A stretch of DNA of 64,000 nucleotides from Geosiphon pyriformis uo1. Lineage: Eukaryota > Fungi > Glomeromycota. Positions 1-13,388 of the stretch are shown here, in pieces. The notes under the pieces were generated by a model, which was not told the DNA's origin, did not search any database, and was given only the letters and a program-made list of their open reading frames with translations. Numbering within the stretch: position 1 is the stretch's first letter; every line of letters begins with the position of its first letter. The DNA is taken from contig JAAOMT010000088.1 of NCBI GenBank assembly GCA_016748015.1, forward strand, positions 398,542-462,541, given 5' to 3'. Both the position numbers and the translations under genes were made by a program.

Positions 1-1495
1 AACCAAGCATAATTTTTTTTTTCAGTTTTTCTCAGCAAAAATTGAACACATGTCTAGCTTTGCATCAGCATATATTCGTGTCAGTGCGTGATTGCATTTT
101 CGCAAAATCAAAGGGTTACAACATGGGTTTTAAGGTAACATTTTGAAAATCTCAGATATTTTTTAATCAAAATTCCAAGTACAAATATAAAAAAAAATAA
201 TTACTTGCTCTCAAAAACGAATTTCTTTGGTTAATGGCTTCCACTAGAAATTTTATTTGTACTACGTGAACCGAAATTAAAGTTTTTTTTTTTTTTTTAA
301 TTGAGCATTTAAAGCTTTCTCAGGACTAAGAAAAAAAGCTCATCTGATGACAAGAAAAATTTTATGTATTAATCACGATCGATTTTTCCATATTCTAAGA
401 AAAAGAATAGAAAAAATCTTTCATGATTAATTATAATATTAAGTTCTGGCAAAATATAATATCCATAGAATTTAAGTCTCATTCCTATCGATTATTGCCG
501 ATAATCAAAAAATTGTAAATTCAGGTTTTGTGTTTGTATTTTCATTTTTTGGTTCATTGAACTCATTGGATCCTTTGAAATTAACCAAAGAGACAGGTTT
601 AAAATATACAAAAAAAAAAAGATAAACGAGATTGTTTAAGGTAAGTATAGTCTGAACTTTAATATTTGAATCATAATTAGATATGATGAAAATCGACATA
701 TAAACTTCGACTTTTTGACCTATTTTTTGATTGTTTTTGTGCATGGTTCATTGAGCTATCAACTCTAAATAAATATTCCGCAATTTTGAGAAACAATAGA
801 ATTTTTTTCGAAAATCAAAAGTTTTGCATTAATAAAAAAAATATGTGACCTTACCAAATGCTTCTTATAATTTTAAATAAAAGCTTGATCTTAAAGTGGT
901 GCAAAATAAAATGACGTATTTCATTTTAATAAGGTTCATTATTCTAAACAAGGTTATTACAGGAGATTTTTATAACTGCCGATGTCCGAGGTTGTCATGG
1001 TCATCTGAGACTGCAACAAGAAATTAATAAAAATGCAAAGGTTTTAATTTTTAAGATACAGGAAACTAATTGGTTTATTGCATAAGAATTATGTCAGTAT
1101 TACGAAGGTGATTTAATATGTAACTATCGATTCTAAATAATAATAATAAAAATTGTTGAAATTTTACATAATTCATTTTCACATTTTTGGAAAACTCCAT
1201 GTCAACACAAGTAGACGATTATAAAGGATTACGGAAAATTTATCGCATAAAAAGGAATTGATTATCTTTCCATTTCAAATTGTGATATAGTTTGAAAATT
1301 AAATTTCACTTTTTTAGAAAAGTTCAACAATGGTCCGTGCAGAGAATCGAATTCAATAGGCTGGATAAGAATGTTTATTGAAAATCCAAGATTGTGGTTG
1401 GATAAATTTTTTCATTTTCTATAATCTCGTTTTTTCGAACTTTAACATTTTCTTTTTCATTTATCGTCAAAAATAAAAAGTAAAATGGATCTAAG

Positions 1496-1497
<2 letters not shown>

Positions 1498-1531
<34 letters not shown>
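1498..1531. repeat. (GAT)n microsatellite
   Basis: About 11 perfect GAT units read directly. Confidence 0.9.
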
Positions 1532-2427
1532 CAAAAAGTAAATTCTTTATTCAAATGTCTGTTATGTAATGTATCTTCGAATTTTTATTTGGGGATCAGC
1601 AAGAAGAAGTAAAAAGTTGAAGAAAATATCGAGATAGCTAACAGCGAAACCAATTATCAAGAAGAATTTCCAAATATATAAAATTTTTTGGCAAGATTCA
1701 TTTCAAAGATTTAATAAATTTTTATTTCCTGAATCAAAGTTGTTTAGCTCAATTATATTAATGGTAAATATTTTTACATGTGACAAAAATTAAATATTTT
1801 TCTGGATCTCATTATGTTTCTGTCCTGGACTCTGACCTAAATAGAAATTTAAATTAAGATTCATTATGTATTTCAAGATCTTTGGATCTTGATAATTTTT
1901 AACCGGTCAATTACTTGATTTTTTAATAATGCTAAAAAATTTGAAACACGTTTTTATGATTTTAAAATAAAAATCAAGAATTTTTTAAATGAAATGATTT
2001 TTTAAATAAATAAAAATAAATTTTTAGTTTCTGTATATAATTTTTTTGTAAATATGATTAAAAGATTTCCAAAATTTTATTTATTTAAATATACAACATG
2101 AATAATTGAAGAAAATTTTTAATAAATAAATAAATTAATATTAAATAAATAGAATAAATAGATAACATTTTTTATAAAATATTTTTGTAAATTATATATA
2201 TATATATATATGTTTTTATAATGTGATTTATATATAAATCACATTAAAATTTAATTTTTTAAATTTAAAATAAATTATTTCTTTAATTTTTAATTTTTGT
2301 AATAAAATAAATTCTTATTTTTATTTTATATTTTTTCTAAGTTTTTTTTTTTGTAATAAAATAAATAATAATAATAATTATTATTATTATTATATATTTT
2401 AATTTTTCAATAAAGTCTTGTTAAAAC

Positions 2428-2462
2428 TCCCTCCCTCTCCTCCCCTCCCCTCCCCTCCCCTT
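2428..2462. repeat. (CCCCT)n pyrimidine tract in an AT-rich block
   Basis: ctccctccctctcctcccctcccctcccctcccctt, the only C-rich run in the 1.9-3.5 kb AT-rich stretch. Confidence 0.8.
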
Positions 2463-2588
2463 CCAAAGAGTCAACATAATTTATGACGAAAAAAAAATTA
2501 ATAATATTTCAAATTTTGCTCCGATTAAATTTAGTTCAAAATAAAATATTTTTTCTTGTATATTTATATTTTATTTAATTATAATCAT

Positions 2589-2631
<43 letters not shown>

Positions 2632-2669
2632 CTATATTAATTTTTAATACCAAAAAATTTTGAATTTAA

Positions 2670-2702
<33 letters not shown>

Positions 2703-3051
2703 GATTATTATTAAAATTTTTTTTTTTTAAATGAATTTATTCGATTATTAGAGTAAAGATTTTATTTTAAAAAAATTTTTTTTTAAAAATATAAATATCA
2801 AATATTAAAATATTTATTTCACTTAAAAACAATCTGAATAAAATAATATATATATATTTAAATTATTTAAAAATAAATCTTTTGTTATCAATTTTTTAAA
2901 AATAATTTAATTTAATCAAATTTATTCTAATAAAAAAAGAATAATTTTAATTAAATCTTATTTTCTAAACATTTAAATATTATTAAAATTATTTTTATGT
3001 TTTTTTTTATTTTAATTAAAAATAAAATAAAAAATAGAATCAAATAATAAA

Positions 3052-3082
<31 letters not shown>

Positions 3083-5717
3083 CTATATTAATTTTTTTAT
3101 TCTATTTTATTTATTAAACACCAAATACAAAATACAAAATAAAGAATATTTAATAGTTTTGTTTTTTATTTATAAAATTAATAGTTAAATAAAGATTTTA
3201 TTTTCAAATATTTAAAAATTAATATTTATTTTTATTTAATCTAATAGCTTTAATTTTTAAATTCAATCAATCTTCATAATAATAAATAGTTATTAAACAA
3301 AAAGATTAATCAAAGTGATAATAAACATGATAATATTTGACATATTTTTAACTTAAAAAATAATTCACAATTAAATATATTTATTTAAATATAAAGTAAA
3401 AGATATATTTTTATTTATATCACTTATTGATTAAAATAATATTATAAGTATTAAACACACTTGTAATTATTTGAAAAAAAAATTGATTGATTCAATCAGA
3501 ATTACATTTACAAATGTGATTTTAATATTAATAATTGTTGGGGTATTTACATGTGAACGCATAATCTTGGCATAAATTCAAGTTTAAATGGAATTTTTCC
3601 AAATTGAGATTAATATATATACATATATATACATATATATTTCTTTCTTTCTTTCTTTCTTTACTATGAATATTTCAAAATAAAATATATTAGAGATGCA
3701 AAAATACGATTTTCTGTTAGATTAATATAAATTTCAAGATAATTTTTTGTTTATTAAATCTAAACATGTATTTCAGATTACTAATATAACAATGGGTTTA
3801 TTTCTGATTAGTTCAATTATCAGATATGATCTTTTTTTGTTAGATTCGGGGTTGCTGATTAATTTATGATATACGTCAAGCACTTGATAATTAGTAATAG
3901 AAAATGCTCATAGATTTAGAAAAGTATTCCCAAAATAAGATGGTTGGAGCGACAAGTGTTATCTTAAAATAGGTCATAATTTTTTATAAAAGTCAATGAT
4001 TTGATCATTCTTATATCATTTAATTTATCAGGTTTAGAAAGGGGCGCAAACAAATAAAATTTGCATTTTTCGCCTTGAAATTTTCGTTTTCAAGCAGTAA
4101 ATTATTTAAATTCTGGACACTTTAAATGACCAATAATAATTAATACAATTTTTTTTATAACAATTTCCAATTTTTTAAAAAAAAAATACTCTAAAATTTT
4201 TACTTTCAAGAAGCTGTTAATTGAATACTAGTAAATGTATAATAAAATATGTAAAATGACCGAATTTGTAAATATTGAAGAAAAAAATTATTTATTCAAA
4301 CTTTAGGAAAAATTGCTGAATTTTTTTTAGGAAGATCTAATTGCTTTTGACATGGAAAAAAAAAGTGGCAAAGAATTTAGCACGTGATTTTTATTTTCCA
4401 TTGTTGGTTTTTAATCAAAATAACCATTAATACATGCATCATGAATGAAACATTATTAATTAAGGTTACACTGCATAAATGTTTCCACGCGTAAACAAGT
4501 AACCATTTCTCAAACATGTAACATTCTCCGGAAAAACCAGCTCGAATTTTCGGAAAAAGTATCATTTGAATGATACAAAAAGCTCTTTTATCTTTAGATA
4601 ATTTTGTGGTTCAACAGATATTTTCTTGTAAAGCATTAAAATTCTATCAAAGAAATTCACATTTGTCATTTGTAAGTTGAGTAAATATCAATTTATTAAC
4701 CTTTAAATGTTTCTATGAGAAATAAGGTAATGTGACAGTAAGATTTTTAATAATTTTTGTCATTCAATACGTTTTTCATTATTCTCCTTTTAAATTATAA
4801 TGATACCTCAAGAATATTAACGAATTAACAAAGTAACAAAGTTTAATTCCTAATTTAACCATATATCTTATTCTTAATTTCAAAAAGAAATTTATGGTCT
4901 CTTTGAAATAAATTTTAGATATTTAAAAAAAAACTTAATTCTCAAAATATTCATACTGATTGGTCACCAAATCTTAATCAACAAAAAAGCCAAGTTTTAA
5001 ATTAGTTTACTTTTTACCTTTTTTTTAGAAATTAAAATTTAACCATTTTTTATGCTTTCCTAAAAATTATGACCATAAATAGTTTTCCTTCTCCAAAATA
5101 AATTTTTTATGTGTAACAATTCTAGCAGATGTTCATATTATATCAACGTTTCATATTAAATTTAATACATGGCAGTTAACAACCACCATTGTATTGTTAC
5201 CCCAGATAGAGCCCGGTTTTTAAAATCTTTACCAAAAATGCCAGCTTGATAGACTGTGAAAGATCACGTTTCGCTTTCTTAATAAATGGCTTGATACATG
5301 TATTAATCAATAAGAAAAAGGTGTTGCAAAATAACATTCAATATATGAACCTGTCCTGTTTCAAATATTACTTTGTTTTGTGTATAATCATAAGCGCCCT
5401 GTTGCATTTAAATAGGGGGCGAAAACTTATAAATCTGCCGACTGTTTGAAATGTGATAATTTTTTAAAAAGTTTTTTCTTTCATTCTTTTGGTCTCATTG
5501 ATTGAGAATTAAGTTTTTTTAACGAATTTTTTTTAGATATTTAGAATAGAATATAGAGTCTAACTCAAAATAATTGTAAATTCTTTGCCATTTCAAAAAC
5601 TGAATTTAAAAAATTCCTTTGAAAAATCCAACCTTTGAAAAATTCATTAAACTTTTTTTTATTTTCCGATTAAATCTTCATTTCATTTCATCACTCTCAA
5701 AACTTTCTTCAATAATA

Positions 5718-6618
5718 ATGATTCGTTTGCCTTCGTACTTTTATTTCCTTTGCCTTTCCAGTTGGTTATTTACTCATATTTTATCAATACCTCTCACAAA
5801 ACGAGATCAATTCTCAGGTGATGCAACCTTTTACAACCCTGGTCTTGGGGCATGTGGTCAAACGAGTAGTGATAGTTCATTAATCGCAGCCATCAATCGT
5901 CCGCAATGGGGAAACCCTTCAAATCCCAATATGAATCCAATCTGTGGAAAGCAAGCCATTGTCAAAGGACCGAAAGGAACAGTTACTGTAACAGTTGTGG
6001 ATATGGTGAGTTAAGAATAGAAAAGATTTGAAAAAATGGTTTAATGAATGCATATAATTTTTTGTAAGAAATCAATTCAGCATCTAATTTTTTTAAATTA
6101 TCTTACAAAGTGCCCTGTCTGCGGATTTGGTAGCCTCGATTTATCCCCAGCTGCATTTAATCAAATTGGCGACCCCAACGCCGGTCGAATATCAATAACA
6201 TGGTCATTTGCAGGGGAAAATTCACCAGCTCCATCTTCTTCATCTTCATCATCATCATCATCTTCTTCTTCTTCTTCACCATCTTCTTCACTTCCTCCAT
6301 CACTATCAACTCCAAATAGTAACCAACACACTACAAGCATTAGTTCTGCTCAAAAATTGCCCACTCCAACTTCATCACCTGGAGCGAGCTCAACATCGTC
6401 TTCGTTACCTTCGTCGACAAGTAATGCATCCCACACACCCCTCATGATAAAGAATACTAAATTAGCTGATATTGCTTTTGCTTTCGTTCATGGTGAAGTT
6501 TTGATAGAAATCATTAATTTAAAGTAAATTTATTAAATAGATTTTCTGGTCTTTTATTTTGTTCAATAATCAGATTACTTGATGATTTTGAAAATCACAG
6601 GACTATCATTTGGGTGAT
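5718..6618 (+). CDS. Secreted RlpA-like double-psi beta-barrel (expansin/loosenin-like) protein with Ser-rich stalk, possibly GPI-anchored
   Basis: ATG 5718, signal peptide, KR site, then GDATFYNPGLGACG...CGK...VTVTVVDM, intron 6006-6110 (GTGAGT..AAG), then CPVCGFGSLDLSPAAF..I...GRISITW, the fungal DPBB signature. A poly-Ser linker follows. Ends either at TAA 6527 (unspliced) or via intron ~6493-6573 giving the hydrophobic end DYLMILKITGLSFG* at 6618 (inferred). Confidence 0.88.
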
Positions 6619-6814
6619 AATTCCTGCGAGATTCTAATTATTCAAATTAAAATGTTTAAGAAAAATAACAGTATAGAATTTAATTGAGCTCATATTCTAC
6701 CAATTGTTGCAAAATCTTTATTCAAATTTTATGTTTTAAACAAAAAACAATAAAGATTGACCTAAACTAAAATCTTTCAAGATCTCAAATGTGGAACTTC
6801 GCATATTGCAAATA

Positions 6815-6883
6815 TTGGATGGAAAATCATTCGGCACTTGGATGGAAAATCATTCGGCACTTGGTTTGAAAATCACTTTAGCT
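6815..6883. repeat. 23-bp tandem repeat, about 3 copies
   Basis: ttggatggaaaatcattcggcac twice exactly, plus a degenerate third copy ttggtttgaaaatcactttagct. Confidence 0.85.
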
Positions 6884-8220
6884 CTACCACAAATAAATTG
6901 ATCATAATCATTGTAAGAATATAAAACTCTTCACAAATTTTGTAGGGATGACAAGTGAAGGAGATTGTATTAAAGGGTTACACCTTTTGGTCAAATCATA
7001 TTTAGATGCTTAGCTGTTATGATCGGGAGAAATTATATTCGACTAATCCAAAGATGATGAAAGACAATTAGAAAATGTTAAAGAAATTCTGTTAAACAGA
7101 AATATATAAATATTTAAGATAAAATAGTATGCAACCAAACTATAGAATTTTCAATTTAAAATTTTGTAATTATTCATTTAATTATGAATATCATTTTTTC
7201 AAAGCTTATTTTTTGTTCTCATTTTGAAAAGTTTAAAGCATACTTGTTATCACTTTATTAAAACTTTAGATTTTAAAAAAATTTCAGAAAAGATTTTAGC
7301 AATTGGCAGTTTTAATTCATTGACATTGAAAATATTTTAAGTTTCAACTAATCTTATTAACCTTGAATTATTTTAAAAGTCTCTGCTAATTGACAATCAA
7401 ACTTTTACAAAAAAAAATTTAATATATATTAAAAATTAAAAAATAGCTTTTAAACTAATACTTGTATTCTCCAGGCACAACACATAAAAATAACTACTAA
7501 TTCTTATCCCTTTTAGTAACCTGATCATAAATTTTTTTTTAAAGTTATGCCTTTTATAAAAAAATTTTCAGCTCGAATATTATCTCATTCAGAATTTTGA
7601 AAACTTAATTCATTTAGTTTGTTTTTTTATTGTATCAATATATGTCAAGTTATATAATATTTTCAAAACTAATTACCATTTTTTCTTGATTGATATCTTG
7701 GGCTAAAATCAATATAAATCAATATAAATTAATATTAATATTTATTGTTAATTTTCAGCATTGAATTATATAAATATATTTCTTATTTTAAAATCACATA
7801 TAAATTATCTTTTTAACAATTGTAATTCGAATATCCATTATTATATGCAATATATAATTTTTAATAATTTTTAATAATTTTTAATAATTTTTAATAATAA
7901 TAATAAGAGAATTATTTAAGTATTATAATGCAAAAACTTTATGCATTTATTTAAATTATATAATAATTAGCTTTCTAATAATAATTTCAAATAAAAATTA
8001 CTATATTATTATTCGAAACAAAAAAATGGAAGTGATTTAATTTAATTCTTAATTATTCAAATAAATATTTTTAATATCTAAATTTGTTTTAATTAATAAA
8101 AAGATAATATGATCAAAAATTATTGAATTTTAATAATACATTTTCTTATAATATTTATATATATATAAGTTTATTTAAAAACATTTATAAAAAATTTATT
8201 ATTTATTTTATTTATTTAAT

Positions 8221-8925
8221 AATGCGTTAACTAAGTGTGATCCAACCACTACCTAATAAAAAATTTCTTTCATTATGTATTAGAAGCAGCTAACGCACTC
8301 TCTATATTTGACCAGCCACCCGGACCACACTAACTAGCCACACTATACACTGAATCTCCTCAAACCCTCTAAAGCACAATTAACCTACAGTGCTACCACA
8401 AATTTCTACCGTTTCATTAAATCCTTTATTTTAAAGCGTTTGTCTCTCCCACTGTTTTCGATTCTTCGACCCTAATTACACCTGTTTTTTCAGCATTTAG
8501 TTTGGCTCGGGGTATTTATATCCTTTCACAATGTCTACTTACTAACTTCTTTACGAGATCTGCAATCCTAAATATCCACATTATCTTCCCCTGTTGCCGT
8601 AAAACTATCGACTAAACACTTAAACCTCTCAACATATGCATTCACTTTTCACGGATTTCGCCCACTACTTCAGCCCTAACCCCTGAGTCAGAAACACATA
8701 AAAATGAATGGTTTTATATATCTATCTCATTGCATTTCAAACACTTCACACTCGGGTAAGAATTGTTATAATTTCTCTTTCTTACAGCTAGAGGAAGAAT
8801 TTCGTGTAGCGCCTTTATCATGTACGTGCACAAACCTGCTGTTTTCCTATTTGTTGTATCATTAAACATATTATTACCATTAGGATGCCAAACTGTTACC
8901 GTGAATCACCAGTCCACTAGGTTCT
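8221..8925 (-). mobile_element. 5'-truncated non-LTR retrotransposon (LINE) remnant: C-terminal zinc-knuckle region and 3' end
   Basis: GC-richer island. The minus strand translates to VDW*FTVTVWHPNG...TYMIKALHEILPLAVRKRNYNNSYPSVKCLKCNEIDI*NHSFLC, i.e. the K.LH..LP...R motif plus CxxC-x7-HxxxC typical of the end of LINE ORF2. It has in-frame stops and a (TAAA)-rich tail beyond 8221. Confidence 0.8.
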
Positions 8926-9695
8926 TATATAATTTTTTTAATATATTTTTTATATAAATATTACATAATTTTTTTTTGTATAACTTAATTTATAAAAAAA
9001 TTATAATTTTATTTTGATAAACCAAATATTAAACAAATTTAAAATAAAAATATTTAGCTCTGTTTTTAAAGTTTACATTTTATATTATATAAATTTAAAT
9101 TGTAGCTATTTTTTGAATGAAAAATATATATTTTTTTTGTTAGGTTTAAAAAAATAAAAATAACTTTATTAATTATGAATAATATTTATAAAAAATTCAA
9201 AGTAAAAAAAGTTTTTATAGAGTTAACTGCTTAAAATTTTGCAATTTTATATGAACATATTATTTATTTAAATGTAAATATTTGTTAATCACAAATTATT
9301 AATTTCAAGAATCTATTGTTTTTATTTTTTATTTTAAATCAAGTTTAAAAAAGTATTCATTGTATTTGATTTAATTCTCATTCAAATAAAAATTTTCCTA
9401 TATTAATCAAAATTTCTTCAACAAGAACATTATTTAAAAAAATATTCCAAAGTAAAAAATTATTTTAAGATTTGATAGTTGATAATAACAAGATTTTCAA
9501 CAAAAATATAATTATAAATTATGTTATAAGTTAATATTATAAAGTAATTTTTCATTGTTTAGTTTTAACTGTTATCATAAAAATTATTAAGATGTATGGA
9601 TTAATTTTATTTCAATAATTACTGTAAACAAATCAACCTGTGATTCCATGTATTTTTTATAAGAATCAAAAATAACTGAAAAAAATGATTGATCT

Positions 9696-10305
9696 AAACG
9701 AATTCCTTAAAATTGGTTGAAAATAGAGCTGCCAACAATTTAAAAACTTTGCCAAAATCTTAATAATTCCAGTTTAAAAATAGATCACATTTCATGGAAT
9801 TAAATAAAATTTTAATTCTACTTTTAAAGTTGACATTTTATAAAAAAATATTTTACTAAAAATAAAAGCTAATTTCTTAACCTCCTCTAAATAATCTTCT
9901 AAATTAAAATATTTTACATTTTAAATTTAGTACCATATAACCCGATATTATCTTATTTTAGTATTTCACTCATTAAGCTTAACAGTAATTATAACTCAAA
10001 ATCCTTAATATATATTTTGATATCACTAAGTTTCATATTGAGTAACCAATTTATAATTTCTAAAAAAAATTCGACATATTATTATGTTTGAATTTAAGTA
10101 ATAAATGGGACAATGAAATTTCCGATTTTTCGTTGAGGGAAATAAATATAATTTTTATTATCAAAATTTCCTTTTAAAAAGGAAACTATTTTGATAAAAC
10201 TGTATAAATGTGCAATATTTTTGGTTTTGCAAATGCATGAAAAAACGCTTCAAGATTTTTAGCCAAGCGTTGAACACATGATTTTCTATCAAAAATCCCA
10301 AATTT
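9696..10305 (+). repeat. Diverged duplicate of the upstream/promoter region of the 13389 secreted-peptide gene, with no coding sequence
   Basis: Colinear matches to 12844-13345: atattttactaaaaataaaagct, ctctaaataatc, atttcactcatt, ataaatggga.aatga, gttgag.g, tatcaaaatttccttttaaa, gaaactatttt, aagcgttgaacac. Confidence 0.85.
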
Positions 10306-10970
10306 ATTTATTTATTTCGGAATACTGAATTCGATTATGAATGACTTATTGCATCACTATGGATTATAGATATAAAAGAAAAGCTCAAATGATCAGTGTT
10401 AGTTTGAAATAAAACCACCTTTTAAATTCTTATATAAAGACTACCTCGGTAAAATAATTTTCAAATTTATCTTCAGAAATCAAAGAAATACTTTTATTGT
10501 TATTTCTAAAGATTTAGAGTTGATTAAAATAAAGTTAGTTTTTAAGTATAACTATAAAAAATATACATAATTTGAATTATTAATAATTATTAGTAATTAT
10601 TAGTTTTAGTATTATTATATATTAAGAATATGTTTCACACAAAAACATATTTTAATTTAATATATATGTTTTTCATAAAAAATTTTAAAGACAGAGTTAT
10701 TAATAATATTTATATATCTCGGAATAGGAAATAATGAAATGGATAATTAAAAAAAAAGAGATAGATAATAAGTTTTAAATGTTATTGTCATTATTATTAA
10801 AATTTTCATTTCTAAAAAATTTATTCATATTCATTCTTTGATAGCTTTTTAATAGCAGTGTATAAAATTTAACTCGCAATACACAAAGAAAATTTTATTT
10901 TTTAAGATTTGAAATAAAATGGATTTAATTGTTCAATGTATTTTTAAACCAAATAAAAAATTGTCAGATA

Positions 10971-10974
<4 letters not shown>

Positions 10975-11001
<27 letters not shown>
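10975..11001. repeat. (TA)n microsatellite
   Basis: Read directly. Confidence 0.85.
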
Positions 11002-11004
<3 letters not shown>

Positions 11005-13388
11005 TATTTTTAATTATTTTCCAAAATAAAAATCTAATTAAAAGTATAATTTTTTAATTTTAAAAATTATTGAACTTAAATATGTAATCTGAAAATTAAT
11101 GATTTCTTTGATTGCATTTTTTTATATTTTCTTTTTAAATCTAATTTTTATATAATAGTTATAAAATGTTTATAAAAAAAAATTATTAATGTATAAAAAT
11201 ATTTTAAAAAAAATAATATTAATTGATTATTACTAATTAAAAATTTGAAACCAAAAAAACATTATAAATTATTTTTTAATATTTTTTATTAATTATTTAT
11301 TTCATTTAAATTAGATTAATTATTAATATTTAATTTATAAAAATTTACAAATCTATTCTGAATTATGTTTATCAAAAAAAACTTGTTTATTATTGAAATA
11401 TTTAATATATAATTGTGCTAATATATATATTTTTAAATAATTGCAAAATGAAGAAAAATTAATATTTTTATAAAAACTATTTAAAAGTCTTGATAACAAT
11501 TTAAAAAACAGATTACTAAAAAGAGATAAAACAACAGTTTCAAAAATTAAAATAGCAAGTGAAATTTATTTTATTGCAATTAAAGAATATAGTTAACAAA
11601 AATTAGAATAATTTTAATTTTAATTAACATACATATATAACAACATAATACAAAATTATTGTTGAAAAAACATTGCACGGAAAAAAACACTTTTAAAATA
11701 TTAAAAAATGGAAAATTGGCCCATTGCAAATGTCAAAGATGAAAGATATTTTTAACCACATTTTATTAATTAAAATTTCAATCCAACCATTATCAAATAA
11801 AGTCATTCAAGTGATAAATGAGCTTGTTTTAATACTGTGATGAAATCTGTCTTGGCATGCTCTTTAGTAGTTATTTAAAGCTTAGCTTTTGCCAAAATTA
11901 TAGATGAAGTGATTGATCGAGTATTAGTTAAGCAAAAAAGGGTATTAAACATAATACATAGCAACAACAACAACAACAACAACAAAAACAACAACAAAGT
12001 GCATCAACACATCATCTTTCTTTTCAATCTCCTAAAGTACTGCATTACATCATAACAAGTTAGTTTGGAATAACTTCTATATAGCTTACCTTCACATTTC
12101 AGCAAGATAATAAAACTTTTATGTTATTTTTAGGCAATTTTTAATTTTTATATTTAAGAAAACATGTATTAAGGCCTCTTTACTTCCAAAAAAAAGCGTA
12201 ATATAACAAGTGGCCTAATTCACACAAAATTACATATGACGACAAGCTCACTTACTATTGCAAAATTAATGAATAGAAGTTTTACTGGGGATACGAGACG
12301 CAAACAGCTTCGCGAAACCCAAGCGTATGGCTCTCTTCATGAAGTCCGGCATTCCCACTCCATTTACATGGTATTCCCCAATAAAAGGTGTAGGTAAATA
12401 GGCTCTTATGACGTCAGTCGTATTGATCGTCTTTGCAAATCTATGAACGACTTTTGCTCAAAGAAAGATAAAGTAAATACCTCCTTAAACGTAAGAAAGG
12501 TAAAGTCAAATACGATTATGCCTATGCAGTAAATGATCTTACACTCGCAGGCAGAAATATACAGAAAGGCTGTCACATTTTTCACTCACAAATTTGCTAT
12601 CGGACATGGTAAAGGGAAAAACACGACAAAACAGTTAGAAAGAAACTATGAGGGGGCATTATCAATTTCGTCAAAGTCTGATGACCAAGACAGAAGAATT
12701 CGAAGTCCGAGTTATTATCCAAAATGAGGCCTATACCTTTAAAATTGTATCTGGTCTTACCAATAGTCGTTACATAAAAATGCTGAGTATTTAATTATTA
12801 TTAATGTGTTACAATCCATCCGTAATATATATATCTTAGATATAAATGAGTTCCTTAGATTGAGAACCGAGCTGCTATTAAAAAAAAAGTTTGAATTCAT
12901 AAAATTAGATTTAAATATTTAAACTAATTTTAAACTTGACAGTGTATAAAAAGATATTTTACTAAAAATAAAAGCTGATTTCCTTATCTCTAAATAATCA
13001 GCTAAATTATTTCTGCAGGATTTAAATAACTCTATAAGACTAATTATCAATCTTCGAATCATGATTATTTGATTTGCTATCTTATTTTGGGATTTCACTC
13101 ATTTAAACTTTAAAATAAATATAAATCAACATATTATTGGTCGTTATGCTTGTACCAATCAATAAATGGGAGAATGAGATTTTCCAATTTTGGTTGAGAG
13201 AAATTTAGTATCAAAATTTCCTTTTAAAGAAACTATTTTTGATAAAGTCTAAGTTTTTTAGCTTGGCATATGCCATAGATAGTTAAAATTTATGATCTCC
13301 AGCTAAAGCGTTGAACACCTTATTTTTTATAAAAATCTCCATAAGAAATATTTTTTAAATTTTTATTTCTAACCATTTAATTTTCAAA

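Noticed and set aside
2590-3100. Two copies of (AAT)n-ATCTATATTAATTTTT resembling Helitron 5' ends
   Set aside because: Too short and AT-rich; no 3' hairpin/CTRR end or Rep/helicase remnant seen.
6208-6447. His/Leu-rich 79-aa ORF
   Set aside because: Alternative frame of the poly-Ser (TCA/TCT) linker of the DPBB gene.
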